Assembly: GCA_963736895.1 (NCBI GenBank)
Contig: CAVTQU010000008.1
Coordinates: forward strand, 7,679 to 71,678
Source: an uncultured Chloroflexia bacterium
GTDB taxonomy: Bacteria; Chloroflexota; Limnocylindria; Limnocylindrales; CSP1-4
Length of the DNA stretch: 64,000 bases
Reading direction: 5' to 3'
The number at the start of each line of letters is the position of its first letter. The stretch's first letter is position 1. Below are positions 22,285 through 29,545 of the stretch, piece after piece. The translations under genes were made by a program, and so were the position numbers. The notes beneath the pieces were generated by a model. The model saw only the letters and a program-made list of their open reading frames with translations. It did not search any database and had not been told where the DNA came from.

Positions 22285-23855
22285 AGCGTTCCCTGCGACG
22301 GCAGCCGCACGCGGTCGATGAGGATGGTCGCGACCGCCACGACGAGCATCAACAGAGTGGCCATGGCCATTGCCTGACCAAAGGCCAGGGCACCGGGCTG
22401 GCCGAGCAGCCGGAAGATCGCGATGGGCATCGTCGGCGTGTCGGGACGAACGATGAACAGCGTGGCACCGAACTCACCCAGGGAGATGGCGAACGAGAAG
22501 CCGGCACCGATCAACACGGCGCGCGAGATGACCGGCAGGTCGAGCGCACGCCACGTGCGGGCGGGCGAGGCGCCCAGGACGGCGGCGGCTTCGTGCATCC
22601 GGTGGTCGAGTGAGCGGATGACGGGCAGGACGGCACGGACTACGAACGGCAGGGCGATCAGGGCGTGGGCGATGGGGATGATCCAGGGCGAGACGCGCAG
22701 GTCGATGGGCAGCGCGCCGAGCGACACGAGAAGCCCGAAGCCCAGGATCACCGCCGACGTCCCGAGCGGCAGGGTCAGCAGCGTGTCGAAGGCGCGCGCC
22801 AGCGGACCACGTCCAGAGGCGATGGCCTGGGCAGCTAGCAGTCCCAGGACAGTGCTGATGGTGGTCGCGATGGTGGCGTAGAGGAGCGAGTTGGCAATCG
22901 CCTCCAGTGGCGGCACGAACAGCGCGCTGTTGGGGTCGCTGCGCAGCAACGCGGCGTAGTAGTCGAGGCCAAAACCACTGGGAGTCGTTAGGGATCGCAC
23001 GATGAGCAGCGCCAACGGCAGCCCGAGCAGCACGGCCATGAAGGCAAGGTTGGCGATTACGACGCCCCGCTCCGTCCGCGTCCTCGGTGCACGCAGTACC
23101 AGCCGTGGGGAGACCGGGCGCGTCCGCACCGCACCGCGCTCCTGGAACCGCGAGTAGACGAAGAGCAGAGCCGCCAGCGCGGCCAGCTGTAGCAGCGCCA
23201 GGGTGGCCGCCACTTGGAGGTTGAGCAGCTGCGACGCCTGCCGGTAGATCTCCACCTCGAGCGTTGAGTACTGCGGCCCGCCCAAAATCAGGATCACGCC
23301 GAACGACGTGAAGGTGAAGAGGAAGACGATCGACGATGCGGACGCGATGGCGGGCCGCAGAAGTGGCAGCGTGACTCCACGGAACGCCTGCCAGCGAGTG
23401 GCACCCAGGACGCGCGCGCCGTCCTCGAGCCGCGGGTCGAGCTGGGCCCACACGCCGCCGACGACGCGCAGCACGACCGCGTAGTTGTAGAAAACGTGGG
23501 CGATCAGGATGGCCCAGATCGTGTTCTCAAGCCGCAGGCCGAAAGGGCTGCGCGGACCCAGCAACGCCACAAAGGCAGCCGCCACGACGACCGTGGGCAG
23601 CACGAACGGGACGAGCGCGACCGCGTTCAACACTCTGCGCCCCGGGAAATCGAACCGCGCAAACACGTACGCCCCGGGGAGTGCCGCGAGCACCGTCAGC
23701 ACGGTCGAGACGACAGCCAGCCAGATCGTGAACCATGCCACCTTGATGACGAACGGCGTGGTGAGCGTCTCGACGAACCCGGCAAGGTCGAACTCGCCGT
23801 TCGGGGCCAGTCCGCGGACGATGATCGTGACGACGGGGTAGACAAAGAACAGCAA
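22281..23855 (-). CDS. thiP: Thiamine ABC transporter permease (start may lie ~60 nt upstream)
   Basis: Double permease domain with two EAA-type loops (LEDGARVLGA, HEAAAVLGA), PFVLPTVV, SLGEFGAT. Confidence 0.85.
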   Translation of the reverse strand: MLFFVYPVVTIIVRGLAPNGEFDLAGFVETLTTPFVIKVAWFTIWLAVVSTVLTVLAALPGAYVFARFDFPGRRVLNAVALVPFVLPTVVVAAAFVALLGPRSPFGLRLENTIWAILIAHVFYNYAVVLRVVGGVWAQLDPRLEDGARVLGATRWQAFRGVTLPLLRPAIASASSIVFLFTFTSFGVILILGGPQYSTLEVEIYRQASQLLNLQVAATLALLQLAALAALLFVYSRFQERGAVRTRPVSPRLVLRAPRTRTERGVVIANLAFMAVLLGLPLALLIVRSLTTPSGFGLDYYAALLRSDPNSALFVPPLEAIANSLLYATIATTISTVLGLLAAQAIASGRGPLARAFDTLLTLPLGTSAVILGFGLLVSLGALPIDLRVSPWIIPIAHALIALPFVVRAVLPVIRSLDHRMHEAAAVLGASPARTWRALDLPVISRAVLIGAGFSFAISLGEFGATLFIVRPDTPTMPIAIFRLLGQPGALAFGQAMAMATLLMLVVAVATILIDRVRLPSQGTL

Positions 23856-23916
23856 AAGGAACGCGAGCGGCGGTGCCGCCAGAAGCAGGAGGCGGACGTT
23901 CGTCCGCGGGCGCGGC

Positions 23917-24982
23917 CTAGTGGAGGACGACGTCAGTCCACTCCTGTACCCAGCGGTCGCGGTTGGCCGCGATCGAGGACCGGATCCATCTGGATCGGAT
24001 CGGAAACGGTGACCGCGTGCTTGACGAAGACCTCGGGCGCCACCGCCTGGCTGTTCGCTGGGAAGACGTACATGTTCAGCGGGATGTCCTGCTGAAAGTC
24101 GACCGAGAGCATGTAGTCGACGAACTCGCGCGCCTTATCGGGCGCCTTGGCACCGTGAAGCACACCCGCGTACTCGACCTGGCGGAAGCAGCCGTCGGTC
24201 AGGACACCGGTCGGGGCGTCGGTCACCGGCGGATCGGCGAAGACGACCTCCGCGGCTGGGCTGGTCGCGTATGAGACGACGATCGGTCGGTCGCCCTCCC
24301 CTGCGCCACCCGAGAAGGACGTGTAGTAGGCGGTATCCCAGTCGTTGACGACCAGGACGTCGTTGTCTCTGAGGCTCTGCCAGTAGTTCTGCCAGGCGCT
24401 GTCCGTCTCACCGAAGCGGTCGATGGTCGCCAGCAGGAAGGCCAGACCGGGGGAAGACGTCGCTGGGTTCTCGACGACGAGCTTGCCCTTGAAGGCCGGG
24501 TCGGTCAGGCTCTCAAGAGTTGCGGGTGGGGCGTCACCGGTGAATGCCGACTTGTCGTAATTCAGGCAGACATCGCCATAGTCGATGGGCGTGACCGCAC
24601 CGTTGGTGCCGGCCTCCAGAGCGTCCGGAACCGAGGCCAGCGCCGGAGACGAATAGGCGTCGAAGATGCCGGCATCCAGGGCTCGCGACAGGAATGTGTT
24701 GTCGATGCCGTAGAGCACGTCCGCCAGCGGCGCGTCCTTGGTCAGGATCGCCTTGTTGACCATGACCCCCGCGTCACCGCCCTTGAGTATCTGCACGTCA
24801 ACGCCGTGTGCTGCTTCGAACTGGGCGAGGACGTCGTCCGAGATGGCGAAGGCGTCGTGCGTCAGAACAATGAGCTGCGTCGGCGGCGTCGGCGGCGCTG
24901 GCGAGGGACCGGCACCACCTGAGCAGGCGCCAATCGCCAGCAGCGTTGAAACGATCGTCGCTCCAATTCGGGGCTTATTCAT
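23917..24982 (-). CDS. thiB: Thiamine ABC transporter substrate-binding lipoprotein (indel near 3' end)
   Basis: Lipobox IGAC, LTHDAF, GDAG, ADVLYGIDNTFL, PIDYGDVCLNYD, NPATSSPGLAFL, VVSYATSP, CFRQVEYAG. Confidence 0.88.
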
Positions 24983-25670
24983 GGGGCACCACTTCCGTTC
25001 TTGCCGTGTGAATGACCGCCAGCCGACCGGCGCTGGTGCGAACTCACAGCGCGGGGCGAGCATCTCGTTCGACAGTCCGCGAGTGCCGCCCTGCGGCAGG
25101 GTGGCGTCGGTCAGTGGGAAGCGCAGGTCCGTGGTCGTCACGCCGCGCACCTCTTCGGTCAGCGGCAGCAGCGAGACGTAGTCGCCCGGAGCGCCGTCCA
25201 GCTGCATGACGTCGGGCCAGGTCAGGCCCATCGCCCGGATGGTGCTCGGCCCGTCGACGAGAGCCGCGTCGACGCCCGCGAGAGCAGGCAGCGTCAGCAG
25301 CAACAGGTTGGCGACGCTGTGCTCCGCTCGCGCCCCGCCCAGCGCGCCGAGGATCACCAGGTGGGTTGCCCCGCGGGCCAGCGCCTCGCGGACGGCAAGC
25401 TCGGTGTCGCTCTCGTCCTTGTCGACCGGGTAGACGATGACCTCGGCGCCGGCGCTGCGAAGCCTCTCGGCAACCTGCGGATCGAGCGAATCGCCATCGC
25501 CCACAACCACATCTGGCGTGAGGCCAACTTGCTCGGCTTTCAACGCTCCAGCCGTCCGCGGCGATGATGAGCACCGGCTCGGCCGAACCGGCGTTGGTCG
25601 CCCGGCGCAGCGCTTGTTGCACGGCTGCACCGCTTCGGATATCGCCGTCGGCAACGATGATCGCCAGCAA
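24975..25670 (-). CDS. thiN: Thiamine pyrophosphokinase (frameshifted)
   Basis: IIAADG, PDVVVGDGDS, DKDESDTELA, GALGGARAEH, LRFPL...RGLSNE. Confidence 0.85.
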
Positions 25671-25716
25671 AAGAAAAGCGCCTCCAATGGTCTCGGGACG
25701 GAGGCGCGTCGCTCGT

Positions 25717-25806
25717 GGACTCCCTTCGCTGGTACGAACCAGATCAGGTTCCTAGGGTCTGCGGTCCTGCCGCACTCTCAGCGCCTTCAGTGGCGCTCCC
25801 CTGTCC
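25717..25806 (-). promoter_or_regulatory. TPP riboswitch
   Basis: Minus strand reads ggacaggggagcgcc...ggcgctgagag...gaccctaggaacctgatctggttcgtaccagcgaagggagtcc with the conserved GCTGAGA and ACCTGAT...AGCGAAGGGA core, upstream of thiamine genes. Confidence 0.95.
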
Positions 25807-25882
25807 CGGGTATGAATTTGAACCACATTGTAACGGTCGATGCTCTACGGCCCGATCGAGGCCGATGCTATCTTGCGCACCA

Positions 25883-26425
25883 ATGGACGAGATTCCTGCA
25901 GGAACCCAGCGCGTACTCGACGCCGCCGAGCGGAAGGGCGTCAAGCTCGAGGTCGTGTACTTCGAGCACTCGACGCATACGGCCGAGGATGCAGCGCGGG
26001 CCGTGGGCGCCGATGTCGGACAGATCGTGAAGAGTCTCGTCTTCGTCTCGGACGACGTCGACGGCCTGCAGCCCTACATGGTTCTGGCGAGTGGCGCCAA
26101 CCAGGTGGACGTCTCGCTGCTCAGCGCCATCCTGACCAACCCGCGGATTCGGCGCGCGACCGCGGACGAGGCACGCGAGCTGACCGGCTTCTCGATCGGC
26201 GGCATCCCGCCCTTCGGCCACTCCCAGATGATCAAGACGGTCATGGATCCCGACCTCACCCGGTACGACACGATCTGGGCCGCCGCAGGCACGGCGAACG
26301 CGGTGTTCCCGCTGGCGCCCAACACGCTGCGCATCCTTACCGGCGCGGTGGTGACGCCGATCTCCGCCAATCAGTCGGCGCAAGTGGAGCAGGAGCAGCC
26401 GGCCAGCGCGTCCACGAACGCGTGA
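25883..26425 (+). CDS. YbaK/EbsC-family aminoacyl-tRNA deacylase/editing protein
   Basis: THTAEDAARAVG, QIVKSLVF, TGFSIGGIPPFGH, IWAAAGT; TATCTT -10 box 8 nt before ATG. Confidence 0.9.
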   Translation: MDEIPAGTQRVLDAAERKGVKLEVVYFEHSTHTAEDAARAVGADVGQIVKSLVFVSDDVDGLQPYMVLASGANQVDVSLLSAILTNPRIRRATADEARELTGFSIGGIPPFGHSQMIKTVMDPDLTRYDTIWAAAGTANAVFPLAPNTLRILTGAVVTPISANQSAQVEQEQPASASTNA

Positions 26426-26456
26426 CGAACGCCTCGCCCGCCAGTGGCGCGGGACG

Positions 26457-27107
26457 GTGAGCGCGAATATGGCCGACCCACCTTCCGACCCGCCTTCAGA
26501 CCCGCCATCGAACCAGCCAGCCAAACCCATTTCCAACTCGCCGGCTGAAGTCGGCCGACTCTCGGTTCAGTACCCCGGCGGTCTCGCGGCTCGTTACCGC
26601 TGGGCGGGGAGCGGCCGCGCCGACGAGGTGTTCGCCATCTCCGAGAGCATCGGCACGCTCACCGACTACGGGCCGCTTGGCGGCGAGCCTTACGAGAACC
26701 TGTGCCGCGCGGAGCTGCGCGTCGAAGGCCCCGGTGGGTCGTGGACAGCGCGGTTTGCATCGGTCGTGTTCGACGAGCCACAAGGCGTTCTGTGGGATAC
26801 GCACGGCCTGCTGTTGGTCAAGTACGGATTCAGGGTGCATGCGCTGAACGGGCGGAGCGGCGAGCTCGCCTGGTCCTACGCGTCCGGCACGCCGGCGCTA
26901 GCGGTCCTGGCATCTTCGCGACTGGATCACGTGGTGCTCCAAACCGAGCTCGAGACATTTGCGCTGAGGCCCGACGGCGAGGTCGCATGGCGCGCCGCCC
27001 ATGACGACGTGATCACCGATGCCCAGCTGATCGCCGGACAGCTTGACCTGACCACGTACTCGGGCCAGCACCTCGTCCTCGACGCACGCAGCGGCCAGGC
27101 TGCCTGA
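26457..27107 (+). CDS. Hypothetical protein with PQQ-like beta-propeller repeats
   Basis: VHALNGRSGELAWSY, FALRPDGEVAWR, LVLDARSGQ; N-terminal DPPS repeats. Confidence 0.6.
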   Translation: MSANMADPPSDPPSDPPSNQPAKPISNSPAEVGRLSVQYPGGLAARYRWAGSGRADEVFAISESIGTLTDYGPLGGEPYENLCRAELRVEGPGGSWTARFASVVFDEPQGVLWDTHGLLLVKYGFRVHALNGRSGELAWSYASGTPALAVLASSRLDHVVLQTELETFALRPDGEVAWRAAHDDVITDAQLIAGQLDLTTYSGQHLVLDARSGQAA

Positions 27108-27109
27108 TG

Positions 27110-27131
27110 CGCCGGCCGGTCGCGGCCGGCG
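27110..27131 (+). terminator. GC-rich hairpin after 26457..27107
   Basis: cgccggccg-gtcg-cggccggcg perfect 9-bp stem immediately after the stop. Confidence 0.45.
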
Positions 27132-27225
27132 ACGCGATGTGGACGTCGTCACAAATTTCCCTTGCAGATGTGGATCAGTGGTGGACATACGCACCGTTGA
27201 TTACTCGGATTGTGGAAAACCATCC

Positions 27226-27255
27226 TTGACCGGGTGGTCGGGCCGCCGTTACCGT
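27226..27255 (+). promoter_or_regulatory. Putative sigma70-type promoter
   Basis: TTGACC (27226-27231), 18-nt spacer, TACCGT (27250-27255). Confidence 0.55.
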
Positions 27256-27263
27256 TCGTCTCA

Positions 27264-27366
27264 GCCCGGAGGGGCCAGAAGCGAAGCTAGTGACTGCGAT
27301 CACATCAAGGTCCACGCCTCGTGAAGGTTCCTTCGGGTCTTTGCTTGTCTTGAACCAGGCGGTCCC
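27264..27366 (+). ncRNA. Candidate structured RNA (multi-stem with pseudoknot), family not recognised
   Basis: 13-bp helix 27264-27276/27326-27338, two inner hairpins, and an 8-bp pairing aagcgaag (27279-27286)/ctttgctt (27339-27346). Confidence 0.5.
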
Positions 27367-28092
27367 ATGAACCTTGCGGCCGTCTTGGTGGTCGCGGCGG
27401 TCGTGCTGCTGTTGGGAGGCGCACTCGTGCTTCGCTCGGTCGGCTCGGGCATGCGCTTCGGCCGGCTTCTCAGCGGCACCCGCCTAGTGCCCATCGAAGA
27501 AGCCCTCGAGATCGCAACTTCCGGAGAGGAACGCTACGTCCGCGTGTCCGGCCGAATGAGCAGCGACGAGGAATTTCCTGACGACCAGAACAGGCCGCTG
27601 GTATTCCGCCGCACCCGCATCGAGATCGGCGCGCCTGCGGGCCAGTGGACGGCGATCCTGGACGAACGCGAAGCCGTCGCTTTTGGAGTCGAGACACGTT
27701 CGGCGTTCATCGGCATCGACGATGTCGCCCTGGGCGAGGGCGTGGTGGTCATACCGCGGGTATCGGCCGGCGTGGTCGGCGAGCTGCCAGCCAACTTCGC
27801 CACCGACATTCCCGCTGGCACCGATCCGCAGACGCCGGCCCGCCTGACGATTGACCAGCTCTCGGCCGTCGAGCACGCCACGGTCGTCGGACGGCCGACG
27901 CTGCAGGGTGGCAGGGCCGTCATGACCGCCGGCAAGGGGAAGCCGCTGATCGTCACCACGCTCGATCAACCAGCCGCGATGCGCGTCCTGGCGTCCGGCC
28001 GGAGAGGCCGGGTGGTCGTGGGAGCCGTGATGCTCAGCGTCGGAATTGGACTACTCGCTGGGGCGCTGATCGCATTTCTCACCGGTGCCTGA
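27367..28092 (+). CDS. Hypothetical membrane protein (N- and C-terminal TM helices, soluble middle domain)
   Basis: 241-aa ORF with hydrophobic termini and a beta-rich middle. Confidence 0.7.
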   Translation: MNLAAVLVVAAVVLLLGGALVLRSVGSGMRFGRLLSGTRLVPIEEALEIATSGEERYVRVSGRMSSDEEFPDDQNRPLVFRRTRIEIGAPAGQWTAILDEREAVAFGVETRSAFIGIDDVALGEGVVVIPRVSAGVVGELPANFATDIPAGTDPQTPARLTIDQLSAVEHATVVGRPTLQGGRAVMTAGKGKPLIVTTLDQPAAMRVLASGRRGRVVVGAVMLSVGIGLLAGALIAFLTGA

Positions 28093-28133
28093 TCTCACAT
28101 GCCGCGCGAGCGGTCGGTCGACAGGGCCGTCCG

Positions 28134-28412
28134 GTGCTAGGCTCGCCGTGGGTGTTCTCGTTACGTGCCGTGACCGTCGCGCTGGCACTCGCGATGTTGT
28201 GCCTGGCACTGCTGACCGTCACAGCCTTGGCCGCTGACCCGACTCCTGCCGCATCCGGAGCGTTGATCGATCCGCTCGATCCGCGTGCTGGCGCTGGCGT
28301 CAACCGGGTCGGTGCGCCTCTCGTTGCCCTGTTCGCGGTCGTCGGCATCGGCATGGCCACGGCGCTCGTGACCGCGATCTACGTGCGCTTGGCCCGGGCG
28401 CGATCGAGATGA
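28134..28412 (+). CDS. Small membrane protein (signal peptide + C-terminal TM)
   Basis: ALA-ADPTP signal-like segment, DPLDPRAG, C-terminal hydrophobic helix; stop overlaps the next ATG (ATGA). Confidence 0.6.
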   Translation: MLGSPWVFSLRAVTVALALAMLCLALLTVTALAADPTPAASGALIDPLDPRAGAGVNRVGAPLVALFAVVGIGMATALVTAIYVRLARARSR

Positions 28413-29383
28413 GGTTCCAGGCTGGAAAACAGCCCAAGCCGCGCATGATGGCGCGTCCGATCGAGCCGCCACGACGTTCGGATCAGCCTCGTGGACGCGA
28501 TATCGCGATGCTCGCCGCGGTGGTGGTCGCGATCGCGGTCGCTGGACTCGTGGCGTTCACTGGAATGCTCGCCGGCGGCGCATCGCCCGCCAGCGTGCCG
28601 CCCACCCAGCTCGTCGCCGCAGTGGCGACGCCAACGGCGCGGACCGGCGGATCGGCTGGGGCTGGGGCTGGTGGCAGCGCGACACAGACGGCGCGTCCAC
28701 GGGATTCACGGGTGCCGGATCAGACACCACCTGACGACCAGAGTCCGCAGCCGGCATCGGCGAGCCCCACCCCGACCGACGAACCACCACCAAGCGGACG
28801 CTCCGGCGCCCCGACCAGCCCTACTGGCTTCAACCTGGCGGCGCAGGCCATCGACTTCGCGTTTCCGCTGCGCCCCGACACGCGATACCACTACCGCGAC
28901 AACTTCCTGGATCCGCGTGAGGGTCCGCCCGACGATTACAACCACGTCAGGGTCAACGCGGACGGCACCGTTCATCGACTGCACGACGGCATCGACATCT
29001 ATGCGGCCGTGGGCGAGCCGCTGGTCGCGACGTTCAGCGGCACGGTCATCAACCCGCGCACCCGATGGCCACCGTGGGAGGCCGACCGCTACGGAAATAC
29101 GGTCGCCATCGTCAGTGACGAGCCAGCAACAAATGGCTACACCTCGATCTACGTCCACGCCGATCGCGTGTGGGTGCAACCGGGCGATCACGTGACACGC
29201 GGGCAGGTCGTGGGCACAGTAGGGCGCACGGGAAACGCCGAAACGCAGAGCGTCCACTCCCATCTGCATTTCGAGATTCGGGCCCCATTCCTGCTCGATT
29301 GGTCGGCCGTTGGCGAGGACCGCGTGGTCGACGCGTTCAACCCGTACCCCTCACTGATCGCAGCCGATCCGAAGCGCACATAA
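28409..29383 (+). CDS. Membrane-anchored M23-family metallopeptidase
   Basis: HDGIDI, YGN, YVHAD, VTRGQVVGTVGRTGNA, HLHFE; TM helix and Pro-rich linker. Confidence 0.9.
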   Translation: MRFQAGKQPKPRMMARPIEPPRRSDQPRGRDIAMLAAVVVAIAVAGLVAFTGMLAGGASPASVPPTQLVAAVATPTARTGGSAGAGAGGSATQTARPRDSRVPDQTPPDDQSPQPASASPTPTDEPPPSGRSGAPTSPTGFNLAAQAIDFAFPLRPDTRYHYRDNFLDPREGPPDDYNHVRVNADGTVHRLHDGIDIYAAVGEPLVATFSGTVINPRTRWPPWEADRYGNTVAIVSDEPATNGYTSIYVHADRVWVQPGDHVTRGQVVGTVGRTGNAETQSVHSHLHFEIRAPFLLDWSAVGEDRVVDAFNPYPSLIAADPKRT

Positions 29384-29545
29384 CCCCTCTCAGCAGGTCG
29401 GCAGCGGTCCTAGGGACCTTTGAGTCAGTGGCAGGTGGGGTGCGGTTTTCTAACCTCGCAGTCGTTCGATTTGTGAACAGACACCTACCATTTCCCACCA
29501 CGGAGGCCGGCCACGAGCGCACTCGCCACAGGCTCTCTCCTAACT

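Noticed and set aside
23933-25687. Apparent ThiN-ThiB fusion (584 aa)
   Set aside because: ThiB has its own ATG (24982) and lipoprotein signal, and ThiN has an off-frame stop at 24975-24977; indel artefact
27264-27366. HDV-like ribozyme or tRNA/tmRNA identity for the structured RNA
   Set aside because: No room for P4/J4-2 between the two 3' strands; no T-loop/CCA or tag-reading-frame features
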